A stretch of DNA of 35,177 nt from a virus (Duplodnaviria; Caudoviricetes). Below are positions 17,801 through 26,900 of this stretch, one piece after another. The notes below the pieces were generated by a model, which did no database searches, was not told the DNA's origin, and was given only the letters and a program-made list of their open reading frames with translations. Position numbers and translations under genes: made by a program. Each line of letters opens with the position of its first letter. Positions within the stretch are counted from its first letter, which is position 1. The stretch is taken from positions 1-35,177 of IMG/VR virus record IMGVR_UViG_3300030207_003146. The stretch is one strand, 5' to 3'.

Positions 17801-19860
17801 TAAGATTATTTGGAAGGGTTAATAATCCAAATATTAATAATCTTCAAAAAGCTGGAGCCGGAACTTATTATTATGAAAATAGAGAATATGCTTGGAATAC
17901 TCAATATTTTCCAGGAAGAATTAATGATGAATCAGTAACTGTAGGTAATGTAGGTTCAGGAGGTTTAGAATTAGCTAATTCACCTTTTAGTAATGGAAAT
18001 ACAAGCGCAGGAGCTTTTCTTAATCCTACAGATCCTGCAGCGACAGATGGTAAAGTTCCATGGGGAAGACCTGGAGAATATCAAAACTTTTACAATGTAC
18101 AACAAAATCCTTTAGCACAAGGTTTAAAAATTGGAGCTGAAGAATCACAACCACAATTGACACAGCCTACTTCGCCAGAACTTAATACATTAGGGGCGAA
18201 AGTAACTACTGATACTATTCCAGCGGCAGCTCTTACAACTGGGTGTATGTATCCTTATTTGTCAGTATCTGAAACTGAAGCTGTAGAAAGTCAATTAGAA
18301 ATATTTTATGAATCATCTACTTCAGGTAATTTAATTGATTTAAATAGACAAGTTATATCTGATTATGGAGGTGTATCTGGAACTACAACAAGTTTAGGAA
18401 CTTTCTTAGAAGATGATACAGTTGGTACTAATATAATTACAGCATTTAGTTTTACTGATTCTGCTGGAAATATACTAACACTTCAAGGTGTTCCAACAAT
18501 AACTCAAGTTATAGATGGTAATGGAGTAGATGTGACAGGTGTATTTAATATTGTTGAAACAGTTCCTGCCGCATATGATGATTTTAATATTCAAACAAAT
18601 CAACTATTTTGGTATGGAGCTGAAACTGTAACTAAATCTAATATATTTGAAATATCATTTCAAACTGTTTATGATGATGGTGTTAATCCTGTATTTATTG
18701 ATAATTTAAATAATCAAATTACAATTCAACTAGGTAATGTTGCTCCTACAATAGGTGGTTTTACACCGGCTTATGGACCAGATGCTGGAACAGAAAAAGC
18801 ATGTGGTTTTGCTGGAGGTTCTTCAGGATATGATACAACTACGTCTGGAGTATGGGGACAATTTACTAATGGTAAAAACGGTTCTGCAGATATTACAAAT
18901 GATACTCAAGAATTATGTTATGAATTAAATGTAACTTCACCAGGTGGGACTGCTACATTTAGCATTGATCAAAGTGGAAATGTTACTAAAACAGGAGGTT
19001 CTGTAATTAATGGCACATATACTTTTGATCTTACTTTAACAGATGCAGCTGCTTCGTGCGTAACTTCTCCAGGAAGTTTATCAGTAGCATGTTCATATGA
19101 TATTGTTGTGGGTACTCCACCAGTTAATCAAGTATTATGCTTTGGACCATCTCCTGCTATGGCAGCTTTAGATACAAGCTGTTTAATTGGAACTGGTTAT
19201 CCTTTAGAAGTATTTTTTGGAGCAAATGTAAATGTTAATTCCGGTATTGTAGGTAGTGCTGGTCCAATAATTGGAAGTGGAACACAAACTATACTATCTA
19301 CAATTGATACAGCTGTAGGAGCTGGACCAAATGGATACGGTCCAACTTCTAGTAATTCTTTAAATTTAAGATATTACAATGCATATAATGAAGCTTTAAG
19401 CGCAAATCCTGGTACCACAAAATTTGGTTGTGGATTACCACCAGTTGTTCCTTCATTTACTACAGGTGAATTAGTACAAGGAGTTTTTGTTATTCAAGCT
19501 ATTTTAGAAAAACAAGCATTTGCAAGTCCTGATAATACATATCAAACAAACTTTACAATATTATATAGAGCCACTGCTGCAGATCCATGGCAATTAGCAA
19601 CAGCGGCACCATCTTCTCCTACTAATCCAGGAGTAGCAGTAGGTAATTATAATTTATTAAATGTATTAGGAACTGGAGCATCTAGCGCTTCACTTACATA
19701 TCATTTTGCTGCAACAGGAGAATATGCTGTAAGAAATAATGGTATTCGTACTGTAGGTTGTACCGCGTGTAGTACTTGCGCTAGGTTTGAAGTTAACTTT
19801 TATGACGCAACATTTGGAGCAACAGCGGCACCATGTGTAGATTGTGTTGGTCCGCTGTAA
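14899..19860 (+). CDS. Tail stabilisation/muzzle-like protein, N-terminal part, with inserted and appended beta-rich domains
   Basis: N-terminus FLKSKMNKDLDARILPNGEYRDAQN and core motifs LLFWTDNRNQPRRIN, RFSYRFKYENNEYS, GNRVIYGNF and LEIFYE, interspersed with T/G/V-rich inserts. Confidence 0.7.
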   Translation: MPQIINTFLKSKMNKDLDARILPNGEYRDAQNLQISRSQGAEVGEFENVLGNTELKYLYTGRAGSIYYGKIIGQFTDPPNSNIYIFSAGYSGDGRCPRDLKVYADPAGVTAATTIELFDAAGNVINPLVAGVQVGMLLWGDNWNSQPSGAGGQEVDPIVTNVTSSDITISQPVTFAVVGPPGNIINIGFTNTIHRYNVDNDTLTLLVRGSFLNFHQDYRMYATNMIEDLLFWTDNRNQPRRINVNLANPLDLISPIHYINEDQISVAQYYPYNTPLVLHQVIQQCTAGVQAGAPAKGYDLTITDITGIQIGDIVTGFPNQGPQELWNVINIVPGIAPAGTVTIYNNFRDGSAGQVPGTYAGGNVDITFSNTTMKNEFERKLNRGFDCTIAAAATYAPYTDVTFSYNYDNQPNEPSAQPTPRVGDYITSEEAEITGSGTGRITVADEVVIQQITSITPGTSVVLQLTKSIDTLVGGADMTVSANPNYNVDFTGDPDLIEKKFIRFSYRFKYENNEYSLAAPYTQLCFIPKHDGYFGGGKNDSLQDQVNSYDSSIVEWFTNKIDTVSLKIPLPQDNNATAADAIDSLINNYKVKEIEILYKESDALSTKILENIQIDNTSSTFVETIPAGIVTINQWYYNFDYKSIKPYRTFPTSEQNRVYDNVPLKALGQEITGNRVIYGNFLQKHTPPNSLDYEVINGNKDLDYDNYAQYPNHSVKQNRNYQVGWVLSDRYGRASSVVLSSNDDNPLVNGSTIYIPYKSWTDVDDPINDVTTYKWLGNALRVKLNNGITQRTNNTITGEPGLYKSESDTSCDEVIILGGGNGHAVGDILGFGYPPGNFALGSGLTVEVVSETAGVITGVQIINRGTGYSNGQILFQTSTTGVGVSAVVETVVYPANPTGWQSYKLVVKQQEQEYYNIYLPGYVNGYPVREAVDRGRVAFAVLLGDNINKVPRDLNEVGPLQTEFSASVRLFGRVNNPNINNLQKAGAGTYYYENREYAWNTQYFPGRINDESVTVGNVGSGGLELANSPFSNGNTSAGAFLNPTDPAATDGKVPWGRPGEYQNFYNVQQNPLAQGLKIGAEESQPQLTQPTSPELNTLGAKVTTDTIPAAALTTGCMYPYLSVSETEAVESQLEIFYESSTSGNLIDLNRQVISDYGGVSGTTTSLGTFLEDDTVGTNIITAFSFTDSAGNILTLQGVPTITQVIDGNGVDVTGVFNIVETVPAAYDDFNIQTNQLFWYGAETVTKSNIFEISFQTVYDDGVNPVFIDNLNNQITIQLGNVAPTIGGFTPAYGPDAGTEKACGFAGGSSGYDTTTSGVWGQFTNGKNGSADITNDTQELCYELNVTSPGGTATFSIDQSGNVTKTGGSVINGTYTFDLTLTDAAASCVTSPGSLSVACSYDIVVGTPPVNQVLCFGPSPAMAALDTSCLIGTGYPLEVFFGANVNVNSGIVGSAGPIIGSGTQTILSTIDTAVGAGPNGYGPTSSNSLNLRYYNAYNEALSANPGTTKFGCGLPPVVPSFTTGELVQGVFVIQAILEKQAFASPDNTYQTNFTILYRATAADPWQLATAAPSSPTNPGVAVGNYNLLNVLGTGASSASLTYHFAATGEYAVRNNGIRTVGCTACSTCARFEVNFYDATFGATAAPCVDCVGPL

Positions 19861-19889
19861 TAATTGATTAAAACGAGTAATAATAATAT

Positions 19890-21296
19890 ATGGCTACTAC
19901 ATTAGAACTATCATATTTTAACACTTTTTGGTTAAAAAGATTAAAAAACTTTACTCAATACCAAGAAAGACAACCAGATGGTACAGTAGATGTAGAAGCT
20001 GGAGGTATCACTACAGGTACTCCGGATCCAACAACGGGAGATGGTTATATAAATTCTAATGTATATGAAGATTGGTTTGTAGAAGAAGCTAGAATTGAAG
20101 GAGGTTTTAACAATGCTAGTGTAGATTTTGGAAATAAAGCATATATTGTAGAAGAAGAAGATGCTCAAGAACGAAGACAAAATGCTTTAATTTATTCAGG
20201 TATTTATAATTCTAAAAATGGTATTAACAATAGTAATCAGTTTCCTATAGGTGAAGATATAACTAGAGCAGTAGATCCTGCTTCAGGAAGTATACAAAAA
20301 TTACATGCTGAAAATACTAACTTAGTTATATTACAAGAGCGAAAAGTAAATAGAGCGCCTATTGATAAAGATGTTATATTTACTCAAGAAGGTCAACCTA
20401 TAACTACTGATAGTACAAAGGTAATAGGAACTCCTAGTGCTTTTGAAGGAAACTTTGGTATATCAAGAGACCCAGGATCTTTTGCAATATATGGATATAA
20501 TAAATACTTTACTGATAGAGATAGATCGGTGGTAATGCAGTTAGGTCCTAATGGATTACTTGAAATATCTAACAATGGTATGATAGATTATTTTAGAGAT
20601 AAATTAACTGAAGGAGGAGAAATAATTGGTGGTTATGATGTATTTAATAAAAACTATGTATTGACACTAGGTAATAATCCAACTCAAACTGTAGTTTATG
20701 ATAATTTAATAAATGGTTGGGTTAGTTTTATGAGTTACATACCTCAACTTTCTACAAGTCTTTTTGGTCAATACTATACTTTTAAAAATAATGGTATTTG
20801 GAAACATTATTCTAATTCTGATTATAATAAATTTTATGATTCTATAGTTAAATCTCAAGTAACATTTGTATTTAATCCTGAACCAACAACAACTAAAACT
20901 TTTCAAACTATAAATTATGCGGGTAGTAATGGCTGGAAAGTATCAAATATTGTTTCAGATTATACAGGAGTAGATTCAAATCCTCAACAACCTGCTTTAG
21001 GAAATACAACTCATGTTGATGTAGATGGAGAAATTATGAGTTATGACGAAGGATATTATGTAGTACCTGCAACTAATATAGCTTATAGAGCTGGTTTTGA
21101 TAGAAAACAAAATGTTTATTTTGCAGCAATAAAAAATGCTTCTCAAACTCTTGCAGAAGAAGTTATAACCCCAGGTAACAAAGTAACTGGAATAAAAGGT
21201 CAATATGCAGTAGTTACATTTTTACAAGATAATACTACAGATCCTCAAGGAGCTAAACAAATTTTTAGCGTAGGTTCTGTGTATAATTTAAGATAA
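19890..21296 (+). CDS. Tail stabilisation/muzzle-like protein, C-terminal part
   Basis: Motifs LIYSGIYNS, GSIQKLHA, FGISRDPGSFA, YFTDRDR and GWVSFMSYIP resemble the C-terminal half of P22 gp10-like tail hub proteins. Confidence 0.65.
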   Translation: MATTLELSYFNTFWLKRLKNFTQYQERQPDGTVDVEAGGITTGTPDPTTGDGYINSNVYEDWFVEEARIEGGFNNASVDFGNKAYIVEEEDAQERRQNALIYSGIYNSKNGINNSNQFPIGEDITRAVDPASGSIQKLHAENTNLVILQERKVNRAPIDKDVIFTQEGQPITTDSTKVIGTPSAFEGNFGISRDPGSFAIYGYNKYFTDRDRSVVMQLGPNGLLEISNNGMIDYFRDKLTEGGEIIGGYDVFNKNYVLTLGNNPTQTVVYDNLINGWVSFMSYIPQLSTSLFGQYYTFKNNGIWKHYSNSDYNKFYDSIVKSQVTFVFNPEPTTTKTFQTINYAGSNGWKVSNIVSDYTGVDSNPQQPALGNTTHVDVDGEIMSYDEGYYVVPATNIAYRAGFDRKQNVYFAAIKNASQTLAEEVITPGNKVTGIKGQYAVVTFLQDNTTDPQGAKQIFSVGSVYNLR

Positions 21297-21300
21297 TTAT

Positions 21301-21696
21301 ATGAAATTTAATGTTAAACGACTCGTAGAGTCAGACTATAAAACACTATGTAAATGGTGGAAATGGTGGAGATGGTCACCACCGCCTTTAACTTTTTTAC
21401 CAGAAACAGGTTTTATGGTTGTAAAAGAAAATATTGAAATAGCAGCTTGCTATGTTTATTTAACAAATTCAAAAGCAGCGTTATTAGAATGGGTAGTATC
21501 TAATCCAGAATATAAAGAAAAAGATAGAAAAGAAGCTTTAAAGTTTCTAATACAAATAGTAGAAGAAATTTTAAAACAAAAAGGATTTATCCATGTAATG
21601 ACCATGGGTAGAAATTCTAGTTTATTAAAAATACATAAAGAATTAGGGTGGACTATTGATCCCACACCTTCTCACGAAATAATTAAAAACTTATAA
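21301..21696 (+). CDS. GNAT-fold acetyltransferase-like protein
   Basis: VKRLVESDY start, GFMVV...IAACYVY strands, LEWVVSNPEYK motif A region and a C-terminal HKELGW. It sits between tail and ejection genes, as in many podoviruses. Confidence 0.6.
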   Translation: MKFNVKRLVESDYKTLCKWWKWWRWSPPPLTFLPETGFMVVKENIEIAACYVYLTNSKAALLEWVVSNPEYKEKDRKEALKFLIQIVEEILKQKGFIHVMTMGRNSSLLKIHKELGWTIDPTPSHEIIKNL

Positions 21697-21700
21697 TAAT

Positions 21701-22426
21701 ATGGCAGCAATAACAGCGGTAGTTGCGGGAGCAGCAACAGCAATTGGTGGAGCAGTAGCAGCAGGAAAAGCGCATAAACAAATGCGTAATGCTAGAGGGC
21801 TAAAAAATCAAGCTTACGCAGACATGCAGGATGCAATAAATTCGCGTGAAACTATAACCAATCCTTATGCAGGTGTTACAGATTTATCTGGTTTAGCTAG
21901 TGATTTATCTTCACAAATAACTAATCCATATAATAATTTAACTGTATCTACAGCTGCGGCTGAAATGCAAGCAGAAGAAGCTGATATTGCTTTAGCTAAT
22001 ACTTTAGATACTTTAGAACAAACTGGCGCTAGTGCTGGTGGTGCAACAGCTTTAGCTATGGCTGCTTTAAAATCTAAAAAAGAAGTAGCTGCTGATATTT
22101 CAAAACAAGAAGCTGATAATGCTAAAATGAGAGCCGCGGGTGAGGCTTCAATGCAACAGCAAAAGGTAATGGCTACAGAAAGATACCAAGATATATTAAT
22201 TGAGCAAGGTGAAAGAGCTCAAGATGCAGATGTTTCAGGTGAAATATTTCAATTCCAAGCAGCTGAAAATAGAAGCAACGCTGATATACAAAGATATTCT
22301 AACATGTATCAAGGTTTTGCTAACCAGCAACAAAATGCTGCGTTAGCTTCTGCTCAAGGAACACAAGCCATGTGGGGTGGAATAGGACAAATGGCCGGAG
22401 GCTTACTAGGGACAGATAAAACATAA
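21701..22426 (+). CDS. Putative small ejection / internal virion protein
   Basis: Hydrophobic Ala/Gly-rich N- and C-termini with a Q/A-rich helical centre. First of three size-ascending genes after the tail module. Confidence 0.65.
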   Translation: MAAITAVVAGAATAIGGAVAAGKAHKQMRNARGLKNQAYADMQDAINSRETITNPYAGVTDLSGLASDLSSQITNPYNNLTVSTAAAEMQAEEADIALANTLDTLEQTGASAGGATALAMAALKSKKEVAADISKQEADNAKMRAAGEASMQQQKVMATERYQDILIEQGERAQDADVSGEIFQFQAAENRSNADIQRYSNMYQGFANQQQNAALASAQGTQAMWGGIGQMAGGLLGTDKT

Positions 22427-22431
22427 TAAAA

Positions 22432-23985
22432 ATGAACAGTATAATAAAATCACATAATGATAAAATGAACCGACTTGTTAATGTGTCTAAAGTTAGACGC
22501 GCTAATGAGTTAGATTTTTTTACTGATTGTAATATTAGGTATCATAATTATCTTAATAGTCCTTTATCTTTAAATCCAAATGAAGACCCTAATCTACAAG
22601 ATGTTGTTACCCAAGCATTTGTACAGCAAGCTCAAGACCCTATGAATGGTGTAATTGCTAGATCTACACGTTTAGCAACTAACATTAAAAACATGTCTCA
22701 AGAGCAAATTAAAGAAGATAAAAAATTTATAGATAATTATTTTAAAAGATTAGATGAAATTCAAAAACTAGGGGGATATTTGATTGTAGCAGTTGAACAA
22801 CTAAAACCAGAAAATTTATCTTTCTTTATTTCTAATTATGATACCTTTAATATTAATGGTACTAATGAAAGAATGAGAGATAGAAACATGTTGTTAGTAG
22901 CTGGTTGGGCTAATTTATTTGATTATTTTGAAGATGTAAAAGTAGAAAAAGGTTATAATTTTAGACCAAGTGTTAATGGAGAAGTATGTGTTTTAACTCA
23001 AGCTATAGCTTTTGATATAGCGGGTTATGCATTTAAAAAATATTTACATCAAAAAGATTATGTTATAGATGATTTTTTAAAAGGAAAAAATATATTTAAT
23101 GATGAGTTTGGTAGAACATGGTACACGGTTTATGGTGAAGTAGATTCTACACAGGTAGAAAATGGAGATATATTAAGTTTGTATATAACAGATGTTCCAT
23201 CATCAATGGATTTAAGTAAAACATTTGACAACGGGGGAATTACAATTAATGCTACTTTACAACCTCAATATTTTCTAGGAGGTACAATTCCAAGTGGCGA
23301 TCCTAATGATCCTGCTCAAGATACTTCTATAAAAATACCTCAATATAAAATTGAAAACAATAAACTTAGTAGATGGTTTGTTAAACCTATAAATACCGCA
23401 GCTATTAATAGAACTCCATCTTATAAAGCTGAGGTACAAGCTCATATTGCTGGATTATTTGCTGTAGCTAGTGGAGACATTTCAGTTCTTTCAGGGTATA
23501 CAAATAAAAATTTAAAAATAGATTTACCATTAGGTATGAATGAAGTAGTAACTCCAGAACTTGAAAAACTTTATGATTCTTTATCACCTGAAGGAAAAGC
23601 TGGATTTGTAGGTAACAGATACATGTTTAACAGAATAGGTGAAGGAAGTGAAACACGTATAAGTTTAGTAGACGCGCAAAAAGCTTTTATGATGGATCTT
23701 ATAATGGATTATAATTTAGATATTAAATTAGTTCAAGAAGATGTACCAGGCGGACCAAGTATGATCAAAGAAACATTAACAGAAGAAACAGCTCAAGGAA
23801 GAGATTTAATAAAAGCTTTAAATGATAATAATATGCCTTTGCCAGATTTTTATAAAAACATGCTAGGTATTAAAGAGTGGCAAGCGGGTATGCCAATATA
23901 TTATCAAAAACTACAAGAAGAAATTAGAAATTTACCTGAAGAAAAAACACCAGAATTAGAGGTTTTAATAGAACAATATTCTTAA
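22432..23985 (+). CDS. Putative middle ejection / internal virion protein
   Basis: 517-aa ORF between the small and giant putative ejection genes. No motif recognised. Confidence 0.5.
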   Translation: MNSIIKSHNDKMNRLVNVSKVRRANELDFFTDCNIRYHNYLNSPLSLNPNEDPNLQDVVTQAFVQQAQDPMNGVIARSTRLATNIKNMSQEQIKEDKKFIDNYFKRLDEIQKLGGYLIVAVEQLKPENLSFFISNYDTFNINGTNERMRDRNMLLVAGWANLFDYFEDVKVEKGYNFRPSVNGEVCVLTQAIAFDIAGYAFKKYLHQKDYVIDDFLKGKNIFNDEFGRTWYTVYGEVDSTQVENGDILSLYITDVPSSMDLSKTFDNGGITINATLQPQYFLGGTIPSGDPNDPAQDTSIKIPQYKIENNKLSRWFVKPINTAAINRTPSYKAEVQAHIAGLFAVASGDISVLSGYTNKNLKIDLPLGMNEVVTPELEKLYDSLSPEGKAGFVGNRYMFNRIGEGSETRISLVDAQKAFMMDLIMDYNLDIKLVQEDVPGGPSMIKETLTEETAQGRDLIKALNDNNMPLPDFYKNMLGIKEWQAGMPIYYQKLQEEIRNLPEEKTPELEVLIEQYS

Positions 23986-23996
23986 TATAATTATAT

Positions 23997-26900
23997 ATGC
24001 CAATTATTCCAAATAATGTAACATCGATATTAGATGAGTACTTTGAGCAAAATCCTGTAAAAGAAACAGAGGAAGAAATAGTTGAAGAAGTTCAAGATCA
24101 ACCTGTAGATACTGATGTAGTAGAAACTGAAATTGAAGAACATCCTATGCAGCAGCAATGGAATTCTATTATGGAGGGAGCTGTTAAAGATCCAGAGGTT
24201 GAAAAAAGTTTACCTATTTATGGTCAACAAATAGATTTAGGTTGGAAGAATATGAGTTTTACAATGCCGACTTATGTAGAGACTGTTTTTGATGATGAGA
24301 ATCAATTGTTTATTGTAGAAAACTTACCTGAAGATAAAAAAGAAGAAGCTGAGCAATTTAATCTTCAAATGAAACAACAACAAGAATTAATAGCTAAGCA
24401 ACAAGAAGAGTGGAATAAGTTTACTGCAAAAGGAGGACCAGGTGAAATAATTCTCAGTGAAGATGAGAACACAGAATACATGTGGAATTTAATAGATGAT
24501 GAACCATATGTAGAATATAGTGCTAGAACTAAAGGTGAAGAAGACTGGAGAACTTTAAGTATAGATGATGAAAATCAAGAAGATATAATAGGTGCTTTAA
24601 CTTCTTTTGGTCACATAGATGAAGGAGATATAACTACAACTACTAGATATAATTTGTCTAAAGATAAAATAAATAGAACACAACAATACGTGCAGTTGGG
24701 TTGGGCTCCTGATGACACTGTTGATAAAGATCTTTATGATAGATTAACATTTAAAAAAGAACCTAATTTTGCTTCAGATAAAATTATAGAAGTTAATAAA
24801 GAATATAACTTAGTTAATGGAAAAATGAATTTTCCTGGAATTAACAAAGATTATATAAAAGATGTAATCGCAGCAGAAGATTTAGACAATCCTTTTCCTT
24901 ACACATATTATTATGTAAATAATGAAAAGAAAAATTCTATAGATACTTTTTTTGATACTTTTTATCCTAATCTTTTTAAAGAATTAGAAAAAGAAAATGA
25001 AGAAGAATATAAAAGAAGAGTAGCAGATTTTAAAGGTTGGTTAGCAAAAGATGATATTCCAGAAGATTTAAGAGAACTTGTAAAAATTTCTGATCTGATG
25101 GGTCCATTTGGTGAATTTTCTAATGAAGGTTGGGATTTGTTAGATATAGCCTTTCAAAATGCAGCCTCATCAACTCCAATGGGTAACTCAATAACTCAAA
25201 TGCGTGGTTTACTAACAAGTGCTTTAAATATTTATTTAAATGAAAATGATGAAAGTCCTATTGTTGATCAAATTAAAAAAGCTTTAAATATATTTCAAGG
25301 AAGTGATGGTAGTGGAGAAGAAGGTGATATTGCACTGGGGATGCAACTTAGTAGTTATGTAGAAAACTATATGGCTGACGTTAATACAAGATTAAATAAA
25401 GCAGTAAAATTAAATGATTTATTAGGAAGAGATGAATTACCCGATGAATTAAAAAGTAAAACTAAAACAGTAACAGAATGGGATTTAGGAGAAACTAAAT
25501 TTGATCCTAAAACCATGACTACTAAAGAAGTAACAACTGAATACACTATAGACGAAGCTTTAAAAGAATTAAAAGTAGATAAAGAAGGAAAACCTTTAGG
25601 ACCATATTCTTACTTTAGTGGTAATGATTGGAGAGCTTATCAAGCAGAAAATTATCCTGCTTATTTTAATAAACTAGAAGATATTGCGCTTAAAAGACAA
25701 GAAAAAAAATTACGTCAACAACAAACTGGAACTAGTATACTAGATGGATTAGGCGATGTTATTTATAATTTTCCTGCAGCTATACGCCAAGATCTTAGAG
25801 ACATACCTTTAACTGTAACAGGGTGGATTGCTGAAGCAGCTGGATGGGCTGAGAAAAAAATTACTGGTGATGATTTTAGTTATATACAGGGTGTTTCTAA
25901 AGGAATGCAACGAAAAGAAGATGTAAAAGTAGAACTTGACAAACAATTAAGGGATTACGGAGGATATGGAATTATAACTGGTAAAGCTTTTAATTACAAT
26001 GGAGTAAGATTTATACGAGATGATCAAGGAATAGTTTATGATGCCGATAGTAATTTTATGGTAGGTCCAGATGATTTTCCAGCTACATTAGATGAAGAAA
26101 CGGGAGAAATAATAGATCCATGGAAAGAAATAACTAAAGGTTTAGATGAATCTACTGAAACTGTAGCTGATTTTTCATTAAGAGGAGCTGCAGCTACAAC
26201 TTCAACAGTGTTTGGACATTTAGCTACTCAAATATTATTAACTAGAGGAGTAGGTTTATTAACCGCTCCAGCTAGAGCAAGTTTATTGGCTAGATTAAAT
26301 GGATTTAAAAATGTAAGTCAATTTAAGGTGGCAGAACAATTTGCTAAACAAGCTAATAAACTAAATCCTAAAGCTCCACCTATAAATTATTATAAATTAC
26401 CTATAAAACAATACATGGTAGATGCTATTATAGCTCAAGGAATGTATTTTAGTCAAATAGGTTACAATGATGTAAGAAGACAAGGTACCAAAGCAGGTAT
26501 GAATTCTAATGAAGTAGAGGCTTTAGCTCAACAAGCTTCATTATTATATGCTGGAATTGGAATGATCACTGCTCCAATAGCTCCTTTAGCAAAATGGAAT
26601 CAAGCTGCTACTAATAGTTTACGAGCTGCAGCAACTAAAAACTCAATATTAGGTACATTAGGAAGAGGATCTTTTATAGACAATGTTAAAAATGTTGGAT
26701 TAAGACCAGCTTTAACTACTCTTGGTAACAACTTAAAAAACTGGGGTTTTAAACAACTTCCTAAAACTCAAATGTTCCTTTATGAAGGTGGTAGAGAAAC
26801 AGTTCAAGAAATAATTCAAGAAGTAAGCACTACTTATGGTGTTGGTAGTAGATTAAATAAAAAAGTAAATAGAGAAAGAGCTCCTTTTAAAGAAGCTATG

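Noticed and set aside
19858-19892. Readthrough or frameshift joining the two tail stabilisation genes
   Set aside because: There are tandem TAA TAA stops, a different downstream frame with its own AT-rich leader, and no obvious slippery site.
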